Part shown: positions 9,671-19,304 of the stretch, piece after piece | How positions within the stretch are numbered: the stretch's first letter is position 1 | How the letters are laid out: each line of letters starts with the position of its first letter | DNA from: Spirochaetia bacterium | GTDB lineage: Bacteria; Spirochaetota; Spirochaetia; SZUA-6; Bin103 | Assembly: GCA_965199955.1 (NCBI GenBank) | Contig: CBDATQ010000003.1 | Coordinates: 64,001-128,000 of the forward strand | Length of the DNA stretch: 64,000 bases | Direction of reading: 5' to 3' | Translations under genes and position numbers: made by a program | Notes under the pieces: generated by a model | What the model saw: only the letters and a program-made list of their open reading frames with translations | What the model was told of the DNA's origin: nothing | Databases searched by the model: none

Positions 9671-12010
9671 ATGCTCACCGAAAACCGGCTGGAAACCGGC
9701 TGGACCACCACCGAGGAGGATCGCGCGGCAGCGGCGGAGCTGGCGGCGCGCATCCCCCCGCGCGTCTTCGACGCTCACATGCATCTCTATGATATAAAAC
9801 ATTTTCCGAGCGTGGGCCCGATGCTGGAGTGGGGACCGGAGCGGGTCGGCCTGGACGACTGGCGGGGCCTGGTCGGCGCGCAGCTCGGCGGCCCGGAGCG
9901 GATGGCGGGCGCCCTGGTCCTGCCCTTTCCGGCGCCGGATCTGCCGATCGCCCCCAAGAACGCGTACGTCGCCGAGCAGACCGCCGGGCATCCGAGGGCC
10001 ATCCGGGCGTACCTGGTCGCTGCGAGCACCACGCTGGCGGAGGTGGAAGGAGCCCTGGACGGCGAGGGAGTCGGCGGCTTCAAGTGCTACCACTGCTACA
10101 GCGCCCGTGAGGACACGCAGCAATCCTACATCGACGAGTTCCTGCCGGACTGGACGTGGCGGATCGCCGACCAGCGCGGCTGGTTCATCATGCTGCACAT
10201 CGTGCGCGACCCTGCGCTGGACGACCCGGAGAACCAGCGCCAGATCCGCGAGAAGTGCGAGCGGTTCCCGAACGCTCAGCTCATCCTGGCGCACGCCGCG
10301 CGCGGCTTCCACGGCCCGAACACCACGAAGTCAATCGCCTCCCTGCGCGGCCTGCAGAACGTCTGGTTCGACACCTCCGCGATCTGCGAGGCGGAGCCCA
10401 TGGTCGCCATCCTGGACGAGTTCGGGCCGCGCCGGCTTCTGTACGGCTCCGATTTTCCGATCTCACACCAGCGCGGGCGCTCGATCACGCTCGGCAGCGG
10501 GTTCGCGTGGGTCGCCACCGACCAGGTCGAGTGGAACGACCACGCCTTCTTCGGGCAGCCGATCCAGGTCGGCCTGGAGGAGGTGCGCGCCATCCTCCAC
10601 GCGGCCGACCGGTTCGGACTGAACGAGGTCGACCTGCAGGACGTGTTCTGCGACAACGCGGAGCGGCTGCTGGGTCTCCGAGCAGTCGATCCCGAAATGG
10701 GGCAGAAGAGCTACGAGCGCGCGCTCACCGTCATCCCGCGCGGCAATCACCTGCTCAGCAAGAACCCGGACCGCATGGCGCCCGGGCAGTGGCCGCCCTA
10801 CTTCCGCGAGGCCCGCGGCTGCGAGGTGTGGGACGAGGCGGGACGCCACTTCTTCGACTGCTCCTCGCACGGGATCGGCGCGACCATCCTGGGGTTCCGC
10901 GACCCGGACGTCACCCGTGCGGTGATCCGGCGGGTCAGCCTGGGGAGTTGCTCGACGCTCAACCCGCGCGAGGAGCTGGAGTTGGCCGACCTCCTGTGCG
11001 GCCTCCACCCCTGGGCGGAACGGGTACGGCTGGCGCGCACCGGCGGCGAGACCATGACCGTGGCGGTGCGTATCGCCCGCGCGACCACCGACCGCTCCGT
11101 GGTGGCGATCAGCGGCTACCACGGATGGCACGACTGGTACCTGGCGGCCAATTTGGGCGAGAGCGACGCGCTCCGAGGCCACCTGATGCCGGGCCTGGAG
11201 CCGCTCGGCGTTCCGCGCGAGCTGCGCGGAACGGCGCAGGTCTTCGAATGGGGCGACCTGGAGAAGTTCGACCGCATCATCGCCGAGCACGGCGACCGGC
11301 TGGCTGCCGTCGTGATGGAACCGTGCCGGGGGAAGGACCCCGACCCCGGCTACCTGGAGCACATCCGCGACGAGGCGCACCGCGTCGGCGCGATGCTGAT
11401 CTTCGACGAGACGTCCATCGGCTTCCGCCTGGAGCGCGCCGGCGCGCACGCCCGCTTCGGGGTGAACCCCGACCTGGCCGCGTTCGGCAAGAGCCTGGGC
11501 AACGGCCACGCCATCGGCGCCGTGATCGGCACCGCGGCCGCCATGGAGGGCGCCGAGCACTCGTTCATCTCCTCCAGCTACTGGACCGAGGGCGTGGGCC
11601 CGGCGGCGGCGGTGGCAGCGGTAAAGAAGATGACGCAGCGGCTCGACGTGCCGGCGCTGGTGGCCGCGGTGGGGGAGCGGGTCAAGGCGGCGTGGCGCCG
11701 GCAGGCCGATGCCGCCGGGGTGCCCATGATCGTCAGCGATACCTACCCGTGCGGCGCGAGCGCCACCTTCGACCATGAGCAGGCGAGCGAGCTCAGCACG
11801 CTGTACACGCACCTGATGCTGGAGCGCGGCTTCCTGGCCCCGCCGACGATCTACTGCTCGGTGGCGCACACGGAGGAGGTGCTGGACCGGTACGAAGAGG
11901 CGATGGGGCCGGTCATGGCCGAGCTCGCCGACGCGATCCGCACGGGCGATGTCGCCGAACGGCTGCGCGGTCCGCTGCCGGTGGAGGGCTTCAGGCGCCT
12001 GGTCCGCTGA
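9671..12010 (+). CDS. Fusion: amidohydrolase (Amidohydro_2-like) + class-III PLP aminotransferase
   Basis: GGAGG SD before ATG 9671. N-half has FDAHMH, LILAHAARG, LLYGSDFP; C-half has GYHGWHDW, LIFDETSIGFR, FGKSLGNG (PLP lysine). Confidence 0.85.
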   Translation: MLTENRLETGWTTTEEDRAAAAELAARIPPRVFDAHMHLYDIKHFPSVGPMLEWGPERVGLDDWRGLVGAQLGGPERMAGALVLPFPAPDLPIAPKNAYVAEQTAGHPRAIRAYLVAASTTLAEVEGALDGEGVGGFKCYHCYSAREDTQQSYIDEFLPDWTWRIADQRGWFIMLHIVRDPALDDPENQRQIREKCERFPNAQLILAHAARGFHGPNTTKSIASLRGLQNVWFDTSAICEAEPMVAILDEFGPRRLLYGSDFPISHQRGRSITLGSGFAWVATDQVEWNDHAFFGQPIQVGLEEVRAILHAADRFGLNEVDLQDVFCDNAERLLGLRAVDPEMGQKSYERALTVIPRGNHLLSKNPDRMAPGQWPPYFREARGCEVWDEAGRHFFDCSSHGIGATILGFRDPDVTRAVIRRVSLGSCSTLNPREELELADLLCGLHPWAERVRLARTGGETMTVAVRIARATTDRSVVAISGYHGWHDWYLAANLGESDALRGHLMPGLEPLGVPRELRGTAQVFEWGDLEKFDRIIAEHGDRLAAVVMEPCRGKDPDPGYLEHIRDEAHRVGAMLIFDETSIGFRLERAGAHARFGVNPDLAAFGKSLGNGHAIGAVIGTAAAMEGAEHSFISSSYWTEGVGPAAAVAAVKKMTQRLDVPALVAAVGERVKAAWRRQADAAGVPMIVSDTYPCGASATFDHEQASELSTLYTHLMLERGFLAPPTIYCSVAHTEEVLDRYEEAMGPVMAELADAIRTGDVAERLRGPLPVEGFRRLVR

Positions 12011-12020
12011 GGGAGGCTCG

Positions 12021-12240
12021 ATGCTCCGCATCGCGCGTGGGGCCGGCGCTGCTGTCCGACGAACTGGTCGCGCCGCCGGAGTTCCGCGACGGCCGCATCG
12101 TGATGTCCGATCGCCCCGGCCTCGGCATGGAGTGGAACGAGGACCTGATCGAGCACACCGCGGCGGTGGTCTCGGCCTCGAACAGGAGGACGAAATCCTC
12201 GACGATCCGCATGGGGAGCGGTACTTTCCGTCCAAGATGA
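12021..12240 (+). pseudogene. Mandelate racemase/muconate lactonising (enolase superfamily) remnant
   Basis: SD GGAGG + MLRIAR stub, then in another frame LLSDELVAPPEFRDGRIVMSDRPGLGMEWNEDLIE, the typical C-terminus of the family. Confidence 0.7.
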
Positions 12241-15110
12241 AGACCAGACTGCTCCGCCTTCACCGGTGCCGCCGGACGGCGGTCACGATCGCCGCGGTCG
12301 CCGCCCTTGTCATGCTGGTGCCGGCGGCGTGGGCACAGAACCCGCAGGACGAGATCCCGTTCGACCCGGAGGTGCGCCGGGGCACGCTGGGCAACGGGCT
12401 GACCTACTACATCAAGGTCAACCCGGAGCCGCCCGAGCGCATCCAGCTCCGGTTGGGGGTCAACGCAGGCTCCGTGCTGGAGCAGGAGTCAGAGCGCGGC
12501 CTGGCCCACTACCTGGAGCACATGGCCTTCAACGGCACCGCCTCGTTCGCCGGCAACGAGATCATCGAGTACCTGGAGTCGATCGGCTCCGCCTTCGGAC
12601 CCGACATCAACGGCTACACGAGCTTCGATGAAACCGTCTACACCCTGGAGTTCCCCACCGATCCGGAGGTGATCGCGCAGGGTTTCGACATCCTGAGCGA
12701 ATGGGCATACGCCATCACCCTGGATCCGGAGGAGGTCGAGCGCGAGCGCGGCGTGGTGCTGGAGGAGTGGCGGCTCGGCCGCGGCGCCGACCAGCGCATC
12801 CGCGACCAGCAGTTTCCGGTGCTGTTCGGCGATTCCCAGTACTCGGTGCGGCTGCCGATCGGCCTGCGGGAAGTCATCGAGACCGCGTCGGCCGACGACC
12901 TGCGCGCTTTCTACGAGCGCTGGTACCGGCCCGACCTGATGGCCGTGGTCGCGGTGGGCGATCTGGACCTCGACGAGATGGAAGCCCTGATCCGCGAGCA
13001 CTTCGCGCCGCCGCCGGAGGGTGCGGCCGACTTCCCGCGCGCCTACCCGCCGGATCCGCCGACCGACCGCACGCAGTTTCCCGTTCCCCCGCACCCCGAC
13101 CTGCGGGTGAACGTGTCGACCGATCCCGAGGTGAACCTCACCACGCTGTGGATCTACCACAAGGTGCCGGCACAGGTCGGCCACGACCGCGCCGCCTACC
13201 GGCGCCTGCTGGTCGATCGGCTGTTCCGCGGCATGCTCAACGCCCGGCTGTACGAACGCAGCCGGGAGGCCGATCCACCGTTTCTCGCGGCCGGCAGCGG
13301 CAGGTCCCTGTTGGTGGGAGATGCCGCTACCCTGTACATGGCCGCCTACGTGGACAAGGACCGCATCCCGCGCGGGCTGGACACGCTGCTCGAGGAGATG
13401 CAGCGCACCGCCCAGCACGGGTTCACGGCCACCGAGCTGGAGCGCGAGAAGGCCACCATGCTGCGCGAGATCGAGAGTGCGTGGCACGAAAAGGACCAGC
13501 GGCCGTCGCAGCGTCTGGCGGAGGATTACCTGCGCCACTTCCTGGACGGCGAACCGGTCCCGGGGGTCGACGCGGAATACGTCCTGCATAACGAGATGCT
13601 GCCGGAGATCACCGTGGAGGACGTGAACCGGATCGCCGAGCCCTGGCGCGGGATCCACAACGCGGTGGTGCTGCTGTCGGGCCCGGACGGCATACCGGCG
13701 GGGCCGGAGACCGAAGCCGAGCTGATCGCGAAGATCACCGCCGCCCCGGCCCTGGAGGTCGCGGCCTATGTCGACGAAACCAGCGACGAGCCGTTGCTGG
13801 CCGAGATCCCGGAGCCGGGCACCATCGTCGCCGAGGAGGCCATAGACGCCGTGGACGCCGTGCGCTGGACCCTCTCCAACGGCGTCACCGTCATCGCCAA
13901 GCAGACGGATTTCCGGGACGACGAGGTCCTGCTGTCCGCGACCAGCCCCGGCGGCACCTCGCTGGTGGAGGACGCCGACTACGTGGCCGCCGTCACCGCG
14001 GACAATCTGGTGAGCGGCTCCGGCGTCGGCGCGCATGACGTGGTCGCGCTGGAGAAGCTGCTGGCCGGCAACACCGCCTCGCTGTCCCCGTACATCGGCG
14101 GGCTGTTCGAGGGATTCACCGGCGACTCCTCCCCAGACGACTTGGAGACGCTGTTCCAGCTCGTCACCCTGTACGCGACCGCCCCTCGACTGGACGCCGA
14201 CTACTTCGAGAGCTACTCGTCCAACCTGAGGAGCCAGGCCGAGAACCGGCTGTCGCAGCCGGACGCGGTGTTCTCCGACACCTACCGCAGCGCGATCAGC
14301 CAGGACCACTTCCGCACCCGGCCGTTCACGGTCGAGTGGGTGGAGGAGCTCAACCTGGAGCGCTCCACCGCCATCTATCACGATCGCTTCACCGATCTCG
14401 GCGACTTCACCTTCATCGTCGTCGGCGCGTTCGAGTGGGATGCGCTGCGCTCGCTGACCGCCACGTACCTGGCCACGCTGCCGGCAGCCAGCCGGGTCGA
14501 GACCTGGCGCGACGTGGGCATCGACCCGCCGCCGGAGATAGAGGAACGCATCGTCCGGCAGGGAATCGACGAACGCTCGATCACCCGCGTCGCCTTCGCC
14601 GGCGACATGGACTGGAGCCGCGAGGCGTCCCTGGAGCTGTCGGCCCTCGGCGAGATGCTGCAGATCCGCCTGCGCGAACGGGTCCGTGAGGAGTTGGGGG
14701 GCACCTACTCGATCGGCATCGGCGCTTCGGCATCGGCTCTGCCCGACCCCGAGTACCAGGTCACGGTCTGGTTCTCCAGCGACCCGGAACGCGCCGACGA
14801 GCTGTTCGATGAGGTGCTGATCGGCGTCGACTGGGCATTGGACGGCGCCGAGCAGAGCTATCTGGACAAGGCGAAGGAGATCCTGCGCTCGAGTCGTGAG
14901 GAGCAGCTCCGGCGCAACGGCTTCTGGCTGGGTCAGATCCGGGGAGCCGTGCAGCGCGGCGAGCCGTTCCAGGCGATCGCCGGCTTCGACGAGCGCCTGG
15001 ACGCGCTGACCCTGGAGCAGGTGGCGGAGGCGGCCCGCCGCTACCTCAGCCGCGACCGCTACGTCCGGGTCGTGCTGCTGCCGGAAGAGTCGGAGAGCGG
15101 TTCGGAGTAG
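12237..15110 (+). CDS. M16 (insulinase/PqqL-like) zinc protease, secreted
   Basis: Signal peptide ending AAWA, inverted zinc motif HYLEH-MAFNGT, NGYTSFDETVY, second-half LSNGV and LRERVREELGGTY. Confidence 0.92.
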   Translation: MKTRLLRLHRCRRTAVTIAAVAALVMLVPAAWAQNPQDEIPFDPEVRRGTLGNGLTYYIKVNPEPPERIQLRLGVNAGSVLEQESERGLAHYLEHMAFNGTASFAGNEIIEYLESIGSAFGPDINGYTSFDETVYTLEFPTDPEVIAQGFDILSEWAYAITLDPEEVERERGVVLEEWRLGRGADQRIRDQQFPVLFGDSQYSVRLPIGLREVIETASADDLRAFYERWYRPDLMAVVAVGDLDLDEMEALIREHFAPPPEGAADFPRAYPPDPPTDRTQFPVPPHPDLRVNVSTDPEVNLTTLWIYHKVPAQVGHDRAAYRRLLVDRLFRGMLNARLYERSREADPPFLAAGSGRSLLVGDAATLYMAAYVDKDRIPRGLDTLLEEMQRTAQHGFTATELEREKATMLREIESAWHEKDQRPSQRLAEDYLRHFLDGEPVPGVDAEYVLHNEMLPEITVEDVNRIAEPWRGIHNAVVLLSGPDGIPAGPETEAELIAKITAAPALEVAAYVDETSDEPLLAEIPEPGTIVAEEAIDAVDAVRWTLSNGVTVIAKQTDFRDDEVLLSATSPGGTSLVEDADYVAAVTADNLVSGSGVGAHDVVALEKLLAGNTASLSPYIGGLFEGFTGDSSPDDLETLFQLVTLYATAPRLDADYFESYSSNLRSQAENRLSQPDAVFSDTYRSAISQDHFRTRPFTVEWVEELNLERSTAIYHDRFTDLGDFTFIVVGAFEWDALRSLTATYLATLPAASRVETWRDVGIDPPPEIEERIVRQGIDERSITRVAFAGDMDWSREASLELSALGEMLQIRLRERVREELGGTYSIGIGASASALPDPEYQVTVWFSSDPERADELFDEVLIGVDWALDGAEQSYLDKAKEILRSSREEQLRRNGFWLGQIRGAVQRGEPFQAIAGFDERLDALTLEQVAEAARRYLSRDRYVRVVLLPEESESGSE

Positions 15111-15823
15111 CCGCCCCCGGCCCCCGCGGCGCTCAGGTCCACCGTCGGCAGCCGTGTCTCGCACACGTCGCCGCCGGCGAGGCTGAGCGCGTAGGCGCCC
15201 GCGGTGGACCGCGCCGTCACCACGCGGCGCAGCTCCGTGCCGGCGTAGTGGGCGGCCGCGCCGTCGTCCAGGGCGATGCCGGGGACGATCTCGCCGGCGC
15301 GCAGCATCGCGTGCAGGGTCGGCCGGCGCTCCGGCTCCGCGTCGTAGTGCGGGCAGCAGCTTCCCGGCAGGAAGCCCAGACAGTCGAGCGGCCGCAGCCG
15401 GTCGGCCCAGGAGTCGGTGCTGCCCTGCTCGAACCAGCAGATCGCCCCGGCGCTGACCCCCGACAGCACGATCCCGGCCTGCCACGCCTCCCGCAGGACC
15501 TCGTGCAGGCCCCATTCGCGCCAGACGCCAAGCAGGCTGCGGGTGTTGCCCCCGCCCACGAAGATCACGTCGCGGCCGAACACCCACTCGCGCAGGTCGG
15601 GCGTGCGCGTGAACAGCGACAGGTGCGACGGCCTGCAGTCCAGGCGCCCGCAGGCGGAGTAGAACCGGACCAGGTAGGAGTCCGCGTCGCCGGTGGCGGT
15701 GGGGATGAACCCGACCGACGGACGATCGGTCGTCGCCTGCGCAAGGATGTTGCGCTCGACGAGCAGGTCTCCCGGTCCGAACCCGCCGCCGCCAAGCGCG
15801 ATTATGTGGCGCTCAGTCGACGT
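15059..15823 (-). CDS. pepE: Peptidase E (family S51)
   Basis: IIALGGGGF, FIPTATGD, VGGGNT, nucleophile GVSAGA, CPHYD. The apparent start codon is ACG behind a GAGGAGG SD. Confidence 0.85.
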   Translation of the reverse strand, partial: TSTERHIIALGGGGFGPGDLLVERNILAQATTDRPSVGFIPTATGDADSYLVRFYSACGRLDCRPSHLSLFTRTPDLREWVFGRDVIFVGGGNTRSLLGVWREWGLHEVLREAWQAGIVLSGVSAGAICWFEQGSTDSWADRLRPLDCLGFLPGSCCPHYDAEPERRPTLHAMLRAGEIVPGIALDDGAAAHYAGTELRRVVTARSTAGAYALSLAGGDVCETRLPTVDLSAAGAGGGYSEPLSDSSGSSTTRT

Positions 15824-16151
15824 GGAAGACCTCCTCGGCCGCGGCCCACCACTCGCCTTCGGCGCGGTCCGGCAGCGGCTCCTGGCAGGGGTCGGTGATC
15901 TTCCACCACTCCTGCGTCCTGGGATCGGCCGCCATCGCCGCCATGTCGGCGGCGAAGTCGCTGCCGACGTACTCGAAGTACGAGAACAGGTAGTGCTTGC
16001 CGTCCGGCAGGCGGCGCAGGAAGATCGAGTAGTTGCGGATGTTGGACCGGTGGATCCGGTCCAGCACGTCCGGCCACACGTCGGCATGCAGCCGGTTGTA
16101 TTCCTCGATCTTCTCTTCCCGCAGGCCGACGATTAATCCGTAGCGCTTCAT
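15813..16151 (-). CDS. rhaM: L-rhamnose mutarotase family protein
   Basis: MKRYG...EEYNRLHADVWPDVL...IRNYSIFL...LFSYFEY...TQEWW...EEVFHVD; GGAGGAG SD. Confidence 0.88.
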   Translation of the reverse strand: MKRYGLIVGLREEKIEEYNRLHADVWPDVLDRIHRSNIRNYSIFLRRLPDGKHYLFSYFEYVGSDFAADMAAMAADPRTQEWWKITDPCQEPLPDRAEGEWWAAAEEVFHVD

Positions 16152-16476
16152 GTCTCTCCTCCTCTGCGCTGCCGCGCCAGTCGAGCCCCGGCGGTCAGCG
16201 CCTGCAGCTTGGCGCGGGCGATGTGCCGGGGGCAGTGGTTGAAGCCGCAGTCCGGCACCGCGACGATGCGCGCGGCATCCATATGGCGCGCCGCCTGCTC
16301 CAGGGCGGCGGCCACTTCCTCGGCGTCCTCGACGAAGCAGGACTTCACGTCGACCACGCCGTGTCGGCCTCACCCAGGTCGCCGGCGGACGCGGCGCGCT
16401 CCTCCAGGGCGATCAGCCAGCTCGGCAGCGCGTAGCTGCCGATCATCTCGGTCGGATAGAGCGGCCGGTCGGCCAC
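16148..16476 (-). pseudogene. Cobalamin-independent methionine synthase II (MetE C-terminal-like) remnant with internal deletion
   Basis: N-stub LYPTEMIGSYALPSWL is joined out of frame near 16360 to C-stub GVVDVKSCFVEDAEEVA...VPDCGFNHCPRHIARAKLQAL. Confidence 0.8.
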
Positions 16477-16478
16477 GG

Positions 16479-17258
16479 TCAGCCCGTTGCCTCCCTGATG
16501 GCGTCGACGTTGCGGCGCGCGACCTGGGCCAGCATGCCGTTCAGCTCGCCGCAGATGATCAGCCTGGCGCCCATCTCGATCCAGCGCGCCGCGCTCTCGC
16601 CGTCGGGGACCACCGTCCCGCACGGCTTGCCCACGCGCGCGCAACCCTCGATGGCCCGGCGGATGACCGCCTCGTGCGGTCCGCCCGCCCGGTAGAAGTC
16701 GGTCAGGGCGATGCCTTGCGACATGGCCAGGTCGTACGGCCCCACCAGGCAGGCGGTGACCCACGGCCGGTCGAACACGGACGGGTCGTCGACCGCGCGC
16801 GGCGTCTCGATCATCGGGATCAGCGCGAGTTGCTCCTCCAGGTCCGCCCAGGTCTCGCGGCGGAAGTCGCTCACGTGGCGGTTGCCGGGGCCGCCCGGGC
16901 CGCGCTCGCCGACCGGCGGCAGGAAGGCGGCGCGGCGCAGCGTGTCGACCTGCTCGGCCGTGTCGACCATCGGCAGGATAGCCCCGAGCGAGCCGTAGTC
17001 GAGCGCCAGGCGCACGTGCTCGTACGTGCAGAACGTGCGCATGATCACGGCAAAGCCGGCCAGCCGGCCGACCCGGCAGATGGCGGCGAGGCGGTCCGGG
17101 GGATACTCCCCGTGCTCGGCGTCGAGCATCAGGAAGTCGTAGCCGGCGTTCTGCAGCACCTCGATGTGCGATTCGTGGGTGTTGTCGGTGGCGAGGGCCC
17201 CGATCGGCACCTCGCCCGCCGCCAGCTTGCGCACGACGGCATTCTCGGTCACAGGCAT
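16479..17258 (-). CDS. HpcH/HpaI aldolase family protein
   Basis: GYDFLMLDAEHG, ILPMVDTAEQ, PPVGERG, PMIETP, VGPYDLAMS. Confidence 0.9.
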   Translation of the reverse strand: MPVTENAVVRKLAAGEVPIGALATDNTHESHIEVLQNAGYDFLMLDAEHGEYPPDRLAAICRVGRLAGFAVIMRTFCTYEHVRLALDYGSLGAILPMVDTAEQVDTLRRAAFLPPVGERGPGGPGNRHVSDFRRETWADLEEQLALIPMIETPRAVDDPSVFDRPWVTACLVGPYDLAMSQGIALTDFYRAGGPHEAVIRRAIEGCARVGKPCGTVVPDGESAARWIEMGARLIICGELNGMLAQVARRNVDAIREATG

Positions 17259-17283
17259 GCCCAGACCATACCGCACTTGGCCG

Positions 17284-18057
17284 CTACAGGATGCCGAAGA
17301 CCTCCAGAAGTCCCGAGACCCGGACCGCCATCACCACCACGGCGACGACCAGGATCGCGCGGATCCAGCGCTCGCCGCCGGCCACCGAGAAGCGCGCGCC
17401 GATCCAGGCGCCGGCGGCATTGCCGGCAGCCAGGGTCAGGCCCGGACCCCACTCGACCTTGCCGTTGAGCAGGAACACCGTCAGCGCCGACACCGTGAAG
17501 ATCAGGATCACCGCCACCTTGACCGCGTTGATGCGCACTAGGTCGTAGCCGGTCAGGAAGATCAGGGAGCTCATGATCAGGAAGCCCACCCCCGCCTGGA
17601 TGAAGCCCCCGTACACGCCGATGGCGAAGAAGATCGCCATCAGCAGGATGCGCCGCGAGCCGGCCGGCGGCTCTACGGCGCCCTGCCCGTCGGCCGGCTT
17701 GGGCTTGAAGAAGATCGACACCAGCACCAGCACCATGACCCCGGCCAGCACCGCGTTGAACACGGCGTCCGGCACGTCCACGGCAATGCGCGAGCCGACC
17801 ACCGCGCCGGCCAGCGCCGGCAGGCCGAGCTGCAGAGCGAGCGCCGGCTCGAAGTGGCCCTTGCTGCGGAAGCCGGCGACGGCGGTGATGTTCTGCAGCA
17901 TGATCGCCACCCGCACCGTGCCGTTGGCGACACTGGAGGGCATGCCCAGGAAGATCAGCACCGGCATGGTGAGCGCGCTGCCGCCGCCGGCCACCGTGTT
18001 CAGGAAGCCGCCGGCGACGCCGACCACCAGCACCAGCGCGAGCTCGGGTAGTTCCAT
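17284..18057 (-). CDS. TauE/SafE family (sulfite exporter-like) membrane protein
   Basis: GFLNTVAGGGS, ANGT, GVYGGFIQAGVG; hydrophobic. Confidence 0.88.
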   Translation of the reverse strand: MELPELALVLVVGVAGGFLNTVAGGGSALTMPVLIFLGMPSSVANGTVRVAIMLQNITAVAGFRSKGHFEPALALQLGLPALAGAVVGSRIAVDVPDAVFNAVLAGVMVLVLVSIFFKPKPADGQGAVEPPAGSRRILLMAIFFAIGVYGGFIQAGVGFLIMSSLIFLTGYDLVRINAVKVAVILIFTVSALTVFLLNGKVEWGPGLTLAAGNAAGAWIGARFSVAGGERWIRAILVVAVVVMAVRVSGLLEVFGIL

Positions 18058-18087
18058 GGGGGGGTTACCGCAACTGAATCGAGCGCC

Positions 18088-19122
18088 CTACGCCGGCTCT
18101 ACCGGGACGACGCGGCCGCTGGTCAGGCTGCGGCTGACGGCTTCGGTGAACTCCATGTACTGCAGGCCGATCTTGAACGGGGTCAGCACGATCTCCTCCT
18201 CGCCGCGGATGGCGCCGACGAACTCGTCCTCCACCCGCCAGGACTGCGCTTCTTCGGGGCGCACCTCCACCTCGGCCAGCGCGTCGTCGCCGTTGCGTCC
18301 GGCCCAAACGGTATCGGTGTCGCCGTCGAAGCGGATCGTCCCGTCCGAGCCGCACAGGTGGATCTGCGAGCCGCCGCTCAGCCCCATCACCGCCGACACC
18401 TGCAGGTGAAGCTGCGCACCGCAATGGAGCTCCGCCGTGATGTCGATATGCTCCGGCACCAGCGCGTCGCGCAGCACGCCCGACGCATCGCGGCGGCGCG
18501 TCACGAAGGTCCTGCCCATCGCCGACAGGCGGCGGGCCGTCCCGACCCAGCGCATCATCGCCTCGTACCAGATGCCCATGGTCATGATGTTGCGGCCCGA
18601 CAGGTCGGTGTCCTGACGCCAGTGCAGCGGCGCGTCGCGGTCGAGAAAGCCGGTGGAGACGCGCGCGTCGACGACCAGCAACTCGCCCAGCACCCCCTCG
18701 GCCATCAGCCTTTGGATGGTGCGGTCCACCCGCACCGTCATCGGCGACGGCACGATCTGCGCCACCAGATCCGGATGCGCCCGCGACGCCGCGAGCATCC
18801 TGCGTGCCTCGGCCGCGTCGCGCGCCATGCGCGCCTCGCACAGCACGTGCTTGCCCGCGCTCAGTGCGGCGACCGTCACCTGCTCGTGCAGGTAGGGCCA
18901 CGTGCCGATCACGACCGCGTCGACGTCGGACTCGACCACCTCCCGCCACGTCGTCAGCACCTGCGGGATGCCGAACTCCTCCGCCACGCGCGCGGCCGAA
19001 GCGTGCGACCGGTTGCAGACGTTGACCACCTCGACCCCGTCGATCGCCTGCAGGCGCGGGATGTGCAGTTGGCGCGTGTTGGCGCCGGCGCCCACGACGC
19101 CGACCCTGATCCGATTACTCAT
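18088..19122 (-). CDS. Gfo/Idh/MocA family oxidoreductase
   Basis: IRVGVVGAG, DAVVIGTWPYLH, GKHVLCEARMA. Confidence 0.9.
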   Translation of the reverse strand: MSNRIRVGVVGAGANTRQLHIPRLQAIDGVEVVNVCNRSHASAARVAEEFGIPQVLTTWREVVESDVDAVVIGTWPYLHEQVTVAALSAGKHVLCEARMARDAAEARRMLAASRAHPDLVAQIVPSPMTVRVDRTIQRLMAEGVLGELLVVDARVSTGFLDRDAPLHWRQDTDLSGRNIMTMGIWYEAMMRWVGTARRLSAMGRTFVTRRRDASGVLRDALVPEHIDITAELHCGAQLHLQVSAVMGLSGGSQIHLCGSDGTIRFDGDTDTVWAGRNGDDALAEVEVRPEEAQSWRVEDEFVGAIRGEEEIVLTPFKIGLQYMEFTEAVSRSLTSGRVVPVEPA

Positions 19123-19304
19123 GTGACCTCACTCCTTGGGTTTCGCTTCACTTTGCGAGTTCGTCACCCGGCGCTGGCGGTCGATCCGGGGCGCCGTCGA
19201 GCAGGCTCAGGAGCCCGCCCGGTGTCGGACCGGCGGCGCGATCCTTGAGAACCCCCTCGGTCGACTCGACGGCGCCAACTCTCTGGGCCACGACGGCGAC
19301 GATT

